A stretch of DNA of 63,727 nt from Fidelibacterota bacterium. GTDB taxonomy: Bacteria > Fidelibacterota > Fidelibacteria > Fidelibacterales > Fidelibacteraceae. The stretch's first letter is position 1, and the number at the start of each line of letters is the position of its first letter. Below the pieces are notes generated by a model. The model had not been told where the DNA came from. It saw nothing but the letters and a program-made list of their open reading frames with translations, and searched no databases. This document shows positions 28,301 through 37,618 of this stretch, one piece after another. The stretch is taken from NCBI GenBank assembly GCA_034659735.1, contig JAYEHX010000185.1, positions 1 to 63,727 of the forward strand, read 5' to 3'. The position numbers were made by a program, and so were the translations under genes.

Positions 28301-29728
28301 ATGAAAATCAACATTGAAAAATTAACAAAGATCGTGGGTAAAGGAAATATAAAATCTGATCCTGCTGATCTTTATGTTTATGGTTCGGATGCATCGGTTC
28401 ATGAATCATCTGCTTCAATTGTTGTAAAGCCAACGACGATAGAACAAGTGCAAAAAATTATGCGCTATGCAAATGAAAAGTTAATTCCGGTTATTCCAAG
28501 AGGTACAGGTTCCAGTACATCGGGTCACACAACTCCAATAGATGGTGGTATTGTTTTAGATTTAAAAGGAATGAATAAAATTCTTGAAATAAAACCGGAA
28601 AACATTTATTGTAAGGTTGAGCCGGGTGTAATTGATGATGACTTGAATCGTGCACTTAAACCTTATGGTTTCTTTTGGCCAGCTGCACCAGCATCTTCAA
28701 AAATTGCAACTATTGGTGGTGAAATCGGAGCTAATGCATCGGGGATGAGATCTGTAAAGTATGGTGCTACAAGAGATTCTGTTCTTGGAATGAAGGTCGT
28801 TCTCGCAAACGGAGATTTAGTCACACTGGGTTCTAATACAAGAGTAGCCACATCAGGTTATCCACTTGAGAGAATAATAGTTGGCTCTGAAGGAACACTT
28901 GGTATAGTAGTAGAGGCAACATTGAAAATAATTCCTTTACCAAAATTGAGGTGTCTTGGAATAGCCAACTTCAATAGCGTTGAGGAAGCCGGAAAAGCAG
29001 TAACAGATATAATATCAAGTGGTGCATCACCATCAATGCTTGAAATAATGGATAATATTGGAATAACTGCTGTAAATAAGACGCTCAATCTCGGATTACC
29101 AGATGTGGGAGCTATCATAATGTTTGAAGCTGATGGGAAAATTAAAGAAGCGATAGATTATGAAATGGAAGCAATAAAAAATATTTGCGAGAAAGATAAG
29201 GGCTTTGATATTGAAATAAGTTACGATAAGGAAAAACAGACAAAAATATTTATGGGAAGAAAAAAATTATTCTCATCACTTTCTAGATATAAAGATGGAA
29301 TAATTTGCACTGATCTTGCAGATGATATGGCAGTACCGAACTCGAAAGTTGCAGAAGCAGCTCATGAAATTCACGAAATTGCTGAGCGGAATAATGTGAT
29401 AATGTCTGTTTATGGACATTGTGGATCTGGAGTTATACATACGAAAATAATGTTTGATGTAACAGATAAGAAAAAGTGGGATGATGCAAGTAAAGCAACA
29501 TCAGAATTATACGATTTTATTCATTCAGTTGGTGGAACAACTTCAGGTGAACATGGAATTGGAATTTCAAAAGCATCTTTTTTTAAAAAAGAGAAAGCAG
29601 ATTCGCTTAATATAATGAGAGCAATTAAAAAAGCTTTTGATCCAAACAATATTTTGAATCCGCATAAATTGATAGATGCTCCGGATGATTGGGTTACAGC
29701 AACTAAATTAAGATATAAAATTAGTTAA
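28301..29728 (+). CDS. glcD: FAD-linked oxidase, GlcD/D-lactate (D-2-hydroxyacid) dehydrogenase family
   Basis: 475 aa. FAD_binding_4-type 'PRGTGSSTSGH' and C-terminal 'GGTTSGEHGIG...FDPNNILNP' motifs. Confidence 0.85.
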   Translation: MKINIEKLTKIVGKGNIKSDPADLYVYGSDASVHESSASIVVKPTTIEQVQKIMRYANEKLIPVIPRGTGSSTSGHTTPIDGGIVLDLKGMNKILEIKPENIYCKVEPGVIDDDLNRALKPYGFFWPAAPASSKIATIGGEIGANASGMRSVKYGATRDSVLGMKVVLANGDLVTLGSNTRVATSGYPLERIIVGSEGTLGIVVEATLKIIPLPKLRCLGIANFNSVEEAGKAVTDIISSGASPSMLEIMDNIGITAVNKTLNLGLPDVGAIIMFEADGKIKEAIDYEMEAIKNICEKDKGFDIEISYDKEKQTKIFMGRKKLFSSLSRYKDGIICTDLADDMAVPNSKVAEAAHEIHEIAERNNVIMSVYGHCGSGVIHTKIMFDVTDKKKWDDASKATSELYDFIHSVGGTTSGEHGIGISKASFFKKEKADSLNIMRAIKKAFDPNNILNPHKLIDAPDDWVTATKLRYKIS

Positions 29729-29740
29729 TAGGAGAATGAA

Positions 29741-30808
29741 ATGAAAACTGAATATTTAAAAGATTGGGAAAATGAACTAAATATATGTATAAGATGCGGT
29801 TATTGTTTTGAAGGATGTCCTATATTTAATGAACTTGGTTGGGAAATAGATGGAGCAAGAGGAAAATTGGTTGTAGCTTATGGTTTGTTAACGGGTGAAA
29901 TAGAGCCCTCTGAACATGTTGCCGAAAAATTATTTCAATGCACTTTTTGTAAGGATTGTGTAGAAAGATGTTCAGCAAATGTATCGGTTCCTGATATATT
30001 ATCGGCAGCTCGAGCTGACTTATATGAAGCTGGCTATTCTATCGAAGGGCACCAACAATTATTGAATAAGCTTGAAAAAAGTGGGAATATATTTGGTAAA
30101 GAATTAAAAGCCCCTGTTTATGATGAAGAGAAGCCAGTTATGCTTGGTTGTCGTCTTCTTGAAAATTCAGAGGATGCAAATAAATATCTCGAATTACTTA
30201 AAAAACTCGGTTTAAAACCAAAAACATTTGATGAGACCTGTTGTGGAATGCCTCCTGCGGTACTTGGTGACAAGAAAGGATTTAAAGAACAGCAAAATAA
30301 GTTCAGAGATACAATTGAGGATAAAGATAAAGAGGTTATATGTCTTTGTACAACTTGTGCATTTTTTATTGATAAAAAATATCCTGATCTAAAAGCAAAG
30401 TATGTAATTACAGAAATTGCAGAAAGATTGAAAAATTATAAAGGCAAGATCAAAAAACTCAACACTAAATTAACATATCATGATGCTTGCAATTTAGCAA
30501 GAGGAATGGATATAGTGGATGCTCCAAGAGAGGTATTAAAGATGATTGGTGTCGAACTTGTGGAACTTCCAACTAATGGAAAACAGGCAGAATGTTGTGG
30601 TGGCGGTGGTGGATTGCTTGTAACTGACAATCCGCTTGCTGAAAAACTTTCTACAAAAAGAATGAAACAGGTATCAGAAATTGGAGTTGATACAATGACA
30701 AGTCTGTGTCCAACTTGTGTGTTTAATCTTGGTAATGCAGCTGAGAAAATGGACGAAGAACTTGCAGTTAAAAATGTTCTTGATCTTGTTTATGAAGCTG
30801 TCTGTTAG
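29741..30808 (+). CDS. Fe-S oxidoreductase with two CCG domains (GlcF/HdrD/LutA-like partner of the FAD oxidase)
   Basis: 'CIRCGYCFEGCP', 'CTFCKDCVERC', and CCG motifs 'ETCCGMPP' and 'AECCGGGGG'. Confidence 0.85.
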   Translation: MKTEYLKDWENELNICIRCGYCFEGCPIFNELGWEIDGARGKLVVAYGLLTGEIEPSEHVAEKLFQCTFCKDCVERCSANVSVPDILSAARADLYEAGYSIEGHQQLLNKLEKSGNIFGKELKAPVYDEEKPVMLGCRLLENSEDANKYLELLKKLGLKPKTFDETCCGMPPAVLGDKKGFKEQQNKFRDTIEDKDKEVICLCTTCAFFIDKKYPDLKAKYVITEIAERLKNYKGKIKKLNTKLTYHDACNLARGMDIVDAPREVLKMIGVELVELPTNGKQAECCGGGGGLLVTDNPLAEKLSTKRMKQVSEIGVDTMTSLCPTCVFNLGNAAEKMDEELAVKNVLDLVYEAVC

Positions 30809-30821
30809 AAACGATGATATT

Positions 30822-30938
30822 TATAAAAAAGAGGTAAATGTTCTTGATATTTATTTTTAAATACAAGAAAAGAAAGGAGGAAGATTAGAAGAATTAAAAG
30901 CTTTAAAAGGTGTTGTTACTACACCTGATGAGTTATAA
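30822..30938 (+). pseudogene. decayed copy of the 3' end of pckG
   Basis: Colinear with 28094-28216, sharing runs such as TATAAAAAAGAGGTAAATGTTC and AAGATTAGAAGAATTAAA. Translates KEVNVLDIYF*IQEKKGGRLEELKALKGVVTTPDEL* versus KEVNVPDIYFETQDKKKARLEELKNSKGSIVKPDDLSK*. Confidence 0.8.
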
Positions 30939-30980
30939 TGAACTAATTAAAATAATTACAAGGAATAAAATGGAGTAAAT

Positions 30981-31043
30981 ATGACAAGTGTTGATATTGA
31001 AAAATTAAAAAGTAATGTGGGCGAAAAAAATATAAAATATAAT
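30981..31043 (+). pseudogene. decayed copy of the 5' end of the glcD-like gene
   Basis: MTSVDIEKLKSNVGEKNIKYN* versus MKINIEKLTKIVGKGNIKSD... at the start of 28301..29728. Same order and orientation as the intact pck-glcD junction. Confidence 0.7.
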
Positions 31044-31054
31044 TAGGAGGAAAA

Positions 31055-31978
31055 ATGGAAAAAGTATCGATAATTGGCAGTGGCAATGTTGGAGTTGCAA
31101 CAGCATTCTACCTTGCTGAAAAGGGAATAGCCAACATAATGTTGGTTGATATTGTGGAAGGCAAGGCCAAAGGAAGTGCACTTGACCTTTCAGAGGCTGC
31201 ACCGGTGCGTGGTTATGATGTGAAAATTGAGGGTTCTTCAGATTTTAAAAATATTAAGGGCTCGAAAGTTGTTGTAATTACTGCCGGAAAAGTTAGAAAA
31301 CCGAATACTCTAAGATATGAATTACTCGAAGAAAATGTAAAACTTATTGATCCGATATTTGAAGAGATTAAAAAATATGCACCGAAAGCGATTGTTGTTG
31401 TACTCACTGAACCTATCACGGCAATGACATATTATGCTTGGAAAAAATCCGGCTTGGATAGGAAAAAAATTATTGGTGTAGCAGGGAAACTTGATGTGAC
31501 AAGGGTTTGTGAATATGCTGCGGAAGAACTTAAAGTGTCACCTATTGATGTGACTGCATTGGTCTTGGGTGGTCATCATAAATTTATGGTTATACCTCCC
31601 GAATTTATCAGAGTAAGTGGCATTCCAATAACAGAGTTATTACCAGAAGAAAAAATCAAGAAATTGATAAATTCAGCAAGAGAAGCCGGAACAACTATTT
31701 TATCGTTATTGAAAAAGCAGACATCAACATATTCACCAGGAGCGGCAGTTGCTGAAACAGTTGGAGCAATTGTCAATGATACGAAGGCAATAATGAGCGT
31801 TTCAACTTGTCTTGAAGGAGAGTATGGTTTCAAAAATACCTGTTTAGGCGTTCCTGTAATAATTTCAAAAAAGGGAATTGAAAAAATTATTGATATTGAA
31901 CTCTCTCTTGAAATTAAAGAAGAATTGAAAGCATCTGCAGATGTCATTAATAAAACTATTGAATCATTAGGAATTTAG
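31055..31978 (+). CDS. LDH/MDH-superfamily 2-hydroxyacid dehydrogenase, divergent paralog
   Basis: 'IIGSGNVGVATAFYLA' Rossmann fold, 'GKLDVTR'. Conserved motifs are altered: 'RKPNTLRYEL', 'LTEPIT', 'GGHHKFMV'. Confidence 0.8.
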   Translation: MEKVSIIGSGNVGVATAFYLAEKGIANIMLVDIVEGKAKGSALDLSEAAPVRGYDVKIEGSSDFKNIKGSKVVVITAGKVRKPNTLRYELLEENVKLIDPIFEEIKKYAPKAIVVVLTEPITAMTYYAWKKSGLDRKKIIGVAGKLDVTRVCEYAAEELKVSPIDVTALVLGGHHKFMVIPPEFIRVSGIPITELLPEEKIKKLINSAREAGTTILSLLKKQTSTYSPGAAVAETVGAIVNDTKAIMSVSTCLEGEYGFKNTCLGVPVIISKKGIEKIIDIELSLEIKEELKASADVINKTIESLGI

Positions 31979-31987
31979 GAGGCAAAA

Positions 31988-32920
31988 ATGAAAATAAGTA
32001 TAATTGGAAGTGGTAATGTTGGTGTGGCAGCAGCACTTTACCTCATAGAAAAAAAAGTTGCAGATGTGGTTTTAATAGATATAGTCAAAAATTGGGCTGA
32101 AGGTATTGCAATGGATATTGTTCATGTTTCACCTATAAGGAAATATGATGTTCATATAAATGGGTATTCTGATTTTTCAAAAATAAAAGATTCTGATGTT
32201 GTTATTGTAACTGCCGGAAAACCGAGACTACCCGGAATGTCAAGAGAAGATTTACTTCGAGATAATATCAAAATTATGAAGCAAGTATCGGAATATGTTG
32301 CAAAATATGCACCAAATGCTGTCCTCATTACGGTTTCAAATCCGCTCGATATCCTCGCTTATGTTGCTCTGAAAGTGACTGGATTTGCACTAAAAAAAGT
32401 TATTGGAATGGCTGGTATTTTGGATTCATCAAGATTTAGATATTTCATTGCAAGTGAGCTTGGTGTAAGTCCTAAAAATGTAACAGCATTAGTGCTTGGT
32501 GGACATGGCGATCTTATGGTTCCACTCCCGAGATATTCCACTGTGCATGGAATTCCTGTTACGGAATTGTTATCGAAATCAAAAATCGAAGAATTGGTTG
32601 AGAGAACCAGAAAAGCAGGTGGAGAAATTGTATCTTATCTTAAAACTGGAAGCGCATATTGGTCACCCGGATGTTCCGCTGCTGAAATGGCAGAATGCGT
32701 AGTAAGAGATAAGAGACGAATCGTTCCTTGTTCTGCGTATCTACGAGGTGAATATGGCATTGATGGTTTATTTGTCGGTGTTCCAATACAAATAGGGAAA
32801 AATGGTGTTGAAGAGATAATTGAATTGGCATTAACTACTGAAGAAAAAGAAGCATTACATTTTTCTGCAGGAAAAGTGAAAGGCACGATTGAAAAACTTG
32901 AAGCAGAAAAATTAATATAA
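31988..32920 (+). CDS. mdh: malate dehydrogenase (LDH-like MDH type)
   Basis: 'IIGSGNVGVAAALYL', 'AGKPRLPGMSREDL' (Arg at the substrate-discriminating position), 'SNPLD', 'GILDSSR', 'LGGHGDLMVPL'. Confidence 0.85.
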   Translation: MKISIIGSGNVGVAAALYLIEKKVADVVLIDIVKNWAEGIAMDIVHVSPIRKYDVHINGYSDFSKIKDSDVVIVTAGKPRLPGMSREDLLRDNIKIMKQVSEYVAKYAPNAVLITVSNPLDILAYVALKVTGFALKKVIGMAGILDSSRFRYFIASELGVSPKNVTALVLGGHGDLMVPLPRYSTVHGIPVTELLSKSKIEELVERTRKAGGEIVSYLKTGSAYWSPGCSAAEMAECVVRDKRRIVPCSAYLRGEYGIDGLFVGVPIQIGKNGVEEIIELALTTEEKEALHFSAGKVKGTIEKLEAEKLI

Positions 32921-34308
32921 TGAAAATAAAAATTCCATATTGGGGAGAAGAATTAGAAATTTCTATTCCGAAACAAAATGTTGGAGAAATAATTTATCCA
33001 AATAGAGTGGAAATTCAATCTGAAAAGAAAATTTTATTAGAAGCAATTAATAATCCGGTTGAGTCGCAAAGTTTTGATGATTTCATAAAAGGGAATGATG
33101 CTATTCTTTTTATCGTAAATGATGCGACGAGGCCAACACCAACAGCAAGAATAATTAGCCTAATCTGGGAAAAAATCAAAAATAAAGATGTTAAATTCAT
33201 GGTTGCAACAGGAATGCACAGAGCTCCATCTGAAGATGAATATCTCGAAATATTTGGTGAATATTATGAAAAAATTAAAGGGAAAATATTCTCTCATAAT
33301 GCGAGAAATGAAAAAGAAAATATGTTAATTGGTAGGACGAAAAATGGTACAGATGTATATTTCGATAAGATGGTGATGAAAACAAAAAAAATTGCTTTCA
33401 TAACTTCTGTGGAACCACATTATTTTGCCGGATATACAGGTGGAGCAAAGTCATTTTTGCCTGGGATTTCTGGATACAAAACAATTACTCACAATCATGA
33501 AATGGCACTTAAATTCACGGCAAAAGCACTTGTCACGAAAGGGAATCCGGTTCGAGAAGATATTGAAGAAGCATTTGATTTTATCGCAAAAGATAAAAAA
33601 ATATTTTCAATACAAACTGTGTTGAATAGGAATCATAAAGTATATTATTGTGTTTGTGGTGAAACACATCAAGCATTCGAACTTGCATGCAAAAAGGCGA
33701 AAGATGTATTTTCTGTCGAGATAAAAGATAGAGCAGATATTGTTGTTGCCGTTGCTCCATACCCAATGGACATTAATCTTTATCAATCCCAAAAAGCAAT
33801 TGATAATAGCAAATCGGCTCTTAATGATAACGGAATTCTAATTCTAATATCCAGTTGTAGAAAAGGTATTGGCGATGAAACATTTACTCGATTATTAAGT
33901 GAAGCCAAAGATCCGGATCAAGCACTAGAGCGGATTGCAAAAGGTTATAAATTTGGTTATCATAAAGCATCGAAAATGGCGGAAATAATGAAATGGGCAT
34001 CTATTTGGTCTTTTACAAAACTTAAACCAAATTTGCTGAATGATATTTTTATCCGCGGATTTTTGAATTTGCAGGAAGCACTTAATGAAGCAATTAAAAA
34101 GAAAGGCAATGAAAAAATTCTTTTTCTAATGAATGCGAGTATGACTGTTCCACGAATTGCACCTCACATTTTGCATAAACATAGATTCATTCACGGTCCG
34201 AAACCAAAAATTACAAGAAAAGAATATTTCAATACAGATGATTTGTTTTCGTATGATAAGAATAATTTGGATACAAAAAATATCGATAGTTCATTTTTGA
34301 AAAATTGA
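32920..34308 (+). CDS. larA: LarA-family nickel-pincer-dependent 2-hydroxyacid racemase/epimerase, copy 2
   Basis: 'VNDATRPTP', 'ATGMHRAPS', 'VEPHYFAGYTGGAKSFLPGI', 'THNHEM'. The ATG shares one base with the mdh stop (TAATG). Has about 45 extra C-terminal residues relative to copy 1. Confidence 0.8.
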   Translation: MKIKIPYWGEELEISIPKQNVGEIIYPNRVEIQSEKKILLEAINNPVESQSFDDFIKGNDAILFIVNDATRPTPTARIISLIWEKIKNKDVKFMVATGMHRAPSEDEYLEIFGEYYEKIKGKIFSHNARNEKENMLIGRTKNGTDVYFDKMVMKTKKIAFITSVEPHYFAGYTGGAKSFLPGISGYKTITHNHEMALKFTAKALVTKGNPVREDIEEAFDFIAKDKKIFSIQTVLNRNHKVYYCVCGETHQAFELACKKAKDVFSVEIKDRADIVVAVAPYPMDINLYQSQKAIDNSKSALNDNGILILISSCRKGIGDETFTRLLSEAKDPDQALERIAKGYKFGYHKASKMAEIMKWASIWSFTKLKPNLLNDIFIRGFLNLQEALNEAIKKKGNEKILFLMNASMTVPRIAPHILHKHRFIHGPKPKITRKEYFNTDDLFSYDKNNLDTKNIDSSFLKN

Positions 34309-34348
34309 AAATTTTATTGTGAAACGAACAAAAATGGAGAGTAAATAA

Positions 34349-36280
34349 ATGAATATAGTTCAAAAAATACTTAAATCTCATATCGTGGAAGGCGAAGGAA
34401 AGTCAGGCGAAAATATCGGTATAAAAATTGATCAAACTCTGACTCAAGATGCAACCGGAACTATGGCATATTTGGAATTTGAAGCGATGGAGATTCCAGA
34501 AATTAAAACCGAAGTTTCAGTTAGTTATGTTGATCATAATACATCTCAAATGGGATTTGAAAATAATGATGATCATAAATATCTGCAGACGATTGCGGAA
34601 AAATATGGAATAAATTACTCAAGAGCAGGAAATGGAATTTGTCATCAAGTGCATTTGGAAAGATTTGGACTTCCCGGCAAAACACTTCTCGGTTCTGATA
34701 GTCATACTCCAACGGGTGGTGGAATTGGAATGATGGCGATTGGTGCAGGTGGTTTGGATGTTGCTTGTGCTTTGGCAGGATTACCTTTTCATATTTCATA
34801 TCCAAAAGTTTTAAAAATAAATTTGCAGAATAAATTATCTGAATGGGTGACAGCGAAAGATATAATTTTGTATGTTTTAGAACTATTGTCAACTAAGGGA
34901 AATGTCGGTTGGATTGTGGAATATGGCGGAGAAGGAGTTAAAACTTTAACAGTTCCGGAGAGAGCTACAATAACAAATATGGGTGCAGAACTTGGTGTGA
35001 CAACTTCAATTTTTCCGAGTGATGAATTGACTTATGATTTTCTAAAAGCACAAGGTAGAGAAGATGGCTGGATAGAATTGAAAGCAGATGATGATGCAGA
35101 ATATGATAGAATTATTGATATAGATTTAAGTAAACTTGAGCCGAGATTTGCTACTCCGCACAGTCCGGGAAATATAAGTTTAGTTAGAGAATTGGCAGGG
35201 AAAAAAGTTGACCAAGTTGCAGTTGGAAGTTGCACAAATTCTTCTTACAAGGATTTGATGACTGTTGCAAAAATGGTTGAAGGAAAGAAAGTTCATCCGA
35301 ATGTTAGCTTTGGAGTTGCTCCCGGATCGAAACAGGTTTTGCGAATGATAAGTGAAAATGGAGCATTGGCGGATTTGATTTCATTTGGTGCAAGAATTAT
35401 GGAATCTGCCTGCGGATTTTGTATTGGAAATGGATATGCACCTTCAACTGATGCAGTTTCAATTCGAACAAACAATCGAAATTTCAAAGGTCGTTCCGGA
35501 ACAGTTTCTGCAAGTGTATATCTTGCAAGCCCTGAAACAGCAGTAGCTTGTGCCATTGCTGGAGTAATAACTGATCCACGAGAATTGGGAATGGAAGTGC
35601 CGAAAATTGATGAAGTAGAAAAATTCACAATAGACGACAGTATGATAATTTCAGCAAAGAAAGATAGAAAAGAGATCGAGATATTTCGTGGTCCAAATAT
35701 TGGTGATCCACCAAAAGGTAAGCCACTTTCTGAAAAAATCACTGGTGAAGTAACATTAAAAATTGGCGATAAAATTACAACCGATCACATAATGCCTGCC
35801 GGAATAAGATTAAAATATCGTTCTAATATTCCGAAATATTCTGAATTTGTATTTGAACCTGTAGATTCTACATTTCCAAATAGATGTTTAGAAAATAAGG
35901 AAAAAAACAGAGCGAATATAATCGTTGCCGGATTAAGTTATGGACAAGGATCTTCTCGAGAACATGCGGCGATTTGTCCTGCATTTCTCGGAGTCAAAGT
36001 TGTAATTGCAAAATCGATTGAAAGAATTCATTATTCAAATTTAATCAATTTTGGGATATTGCCTTTGGAATTTGTGAATGAAGATGACTTCGAAAAGATT
36101 GATGAAAAAGATGAATTAGAATTAAGCGATATTATTAATACTTTGGAAAATAAATCACCAATTATTATTGGTAATAAAACTAAGAACACGAAAATAGAAT
36201 TAAAATATGCACTTACAGATAGAGATATTGAGATAATAAAATTGGGTGGATTATTGTCGCATATAAAAGTGAATAAATAA
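34349..36280 (+). CDS. acn: aconitate hydratase (short, ~640-aa aconitase-family enzyme)
   Basis: 'GSDSHTPTGG', 'GSCTNSSYKD', 'NRNFKGRSG' and 'GQGSSREHAA' aconitase cluster/substrate motifs. Confidence 0.85.
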   Translation: MNIVQKILKSHIVEGEGKSGENIGIKIDQTLTQDATGTMAYLEFEAMEIPEIKTEVSVSYVDHNTSQMGFENNDDHKYLQTIAEKYGINYSRAGNGICHQVHLERFGLPGKTLLGSDSHTPTGGGIGMMAIGAGGLDVACALAGLPFHISYPKVLKINLQNKLSEWVTAKDIILYVLELLSTKGNVGWIVEYGGEGVKTLTVPERATITNMGAELGVTTSIFPSDELTYDFLKAQGREDGWIELKADDDAEYDRIIDIDLSKLEPRFATPHSPGNISLVRELAGKKVDQVAVGSCTNSSYKDLMTVAKMVEGKKVHPNVSFGVAPGSKQVLRMISENGALADLISFGARIMESACGFCIGNGYAPSTDAVSIRTNNRNFKGRSGTVSASVYLASPETAVACAIAGVITDPRELGMEVPKIDEVEKFTIDDSMIISAKKDRKEIEIFRGPNIGDPPKGKPLSEKITGEVTLKIGDKITTDHIMPAGIRLKYRSNIPKYSEFVFEPVDSTFPNRCLENKEKNRANIIVAGLSYGQGSSREHAAICPAFLGVKVVIAKSIERIHYSNLINFGILPLEFVNEDDFEKIDEKDELELSDIINTLENKSPIIIGNKTKNTKIELKYALTDRDIEIIKLGGLLSHIKVNK

Positions 36281-36295
36281 AAAAAGGAGAATATT

Positions 36296-37603
36296 ATGAA
36301 TTTAAAGAACAAATTTGAAGCCAAGATAGGGCCTATGAGAGATAAGGTTAAAAATCTTGTGAAAGAACATGGTGATTTTGTTGTATCAGAGGTAAATATT
36401 CAACAGTTATTTGGTGGAACGAGAGGTGTAAAATCACTTATTTGCGATACTTCCGATCTTGATCCTTATGATGGTATAAAATTTAGGGGCTTTTCAATTC
36501 CTGAATTACGAGAGAAATTACCATCTGCAAAAGATGGAGAACAACCACTTCCTGAAGGACTTTTTTATCTATTGTTAACAGGTGATTTACCAACTGAAGA
36601 TGATGTAAAATTAGTATCAGACGAATGGAAACAGCGACAAAAGTTGCCGGATTATTTATTAAAGATAATGGACTCATATCCAAAAGACCTGCATCCAATG
36701 ACACAATTTTCATCGGCGATTTTAGCACTTGAAAAAGATTCTATATTTGCAAAAAAATATTCTACAGGAATTTCAAAATATGAGTTGTGGGATCCAATGT
36801 ATGAAGATGTTATGAATTTATTGGCGAAACTTCCATCTATTGCCTCATATATTTATAGACGCACCTATAAAGATGGCAAGAGAATAATGCCTGATGATAA
36901 TTTAGATTGGGGAGCAAATTTTGCTCATATGATGGGTGTAGAAAAACCTGATTATAAAGAATTAATGAGAATTTATCTTGTTATTCACAGTGATCATGAA
37001 GGTGGAAATGTTAGTGCACATACTGCAAAATTAGTGAATTCAGCATTGGCTAGTCCGTATTATTCATTTTCAGCAGCGATGAATGGGCTTGCAGGACCGC
37101 TACATGGATTAGCAAATCAGGCAGTAATAAGTTGGATAATGGATGTGAAACAACAACTCGGTGGTGGAGTTCCTACAAAAGAACAACTTAAAAAATTCTT
37201 GTGGGACACACTTAAAAGTGGAAGAGTAGTCCCGGGATACGGACATGCAGTATTAAGAAAAACCGATCCAAGATATATGGCTCAAAGAGATTTTGCATTA
37301 AAACATTTACCTGATGATGAGATTTTTAAAATTGTTAGTATGCTTTATGATGTGACACCGGATATTTTAAGAGAACATGGAAAGGCAAAAAATCCTTGGC
37401 CAAATGTTGATGCACATTCTGGTTGTTTACAAGTTCATTATGGTGTGACAGAGTATAATTTTTATACTGTAATGTTTGGTGTTGGACGAGCTCTTGGAAT
37501 TCTTTCACAGATATTATGGGCACGGACAATTGGAAGAGCAATAGAGAGACCGGGTTCGGTAACAACTGATTGGTTAGTAGAACAAGTTAATAAAAAGAAT
37601 TAA
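36296..37603 (+). CDS. gltA: citrate synthase (eukaryote-like type)
   Basis: 'LVIHSDHEGGNVSAHT', 'GPLHGLANQ', 'VVPGYGHAVLRKTDPR'. Confidence 0.9.
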   Translation: MNLKNKFEAKIGPMRDKVKNLVKEHGDFVVSEVNIQQLFGGTRGVKSLICDTSDLDPYDGIKFRGFSIPELREKLPSAKDGEQPLPEGLFYLLLTGDLPTEDDVKLVSDEWKQRQKLPDYLLKIMDSYPKDLHPMTQFSSAILALEKDSIFAKKYSTGISKYELWDPMYEDVMNLLAKLPSIASYIYRRTYKDGKRIMPDDNLDWGANFAHMMGVEKPDYKELMRIYLVIHSDHEGGNVSAHTAKLVNSALASPYYSFSAAMNGLAGPLHGLANQAVISWIMDVKQQLGGGVPTKEQLKKFLWDTLKSGRVVPGYGHAVLRKTDPRYMAQRDFALKHLPDDEIFKIVSMLYDVTPDILREHGKAKNPWPNVDAHSGCLQVHYGVTEYNFYTVMFGVGRALGILSQILWARTIGRAIERPGSVTTDWLVEQVNKKN

Positions 37604-37618
37604 AAGGAAAAAATAAGC

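Noticed and set aside
31055-32920. Tandem MDH-like genes as an assembly duplication artefact.
   Set aside because: The two copies are highly diverged at the protein level, with different motif variants throughout. They are true paralogs, not a collapsed or expanded repeat.
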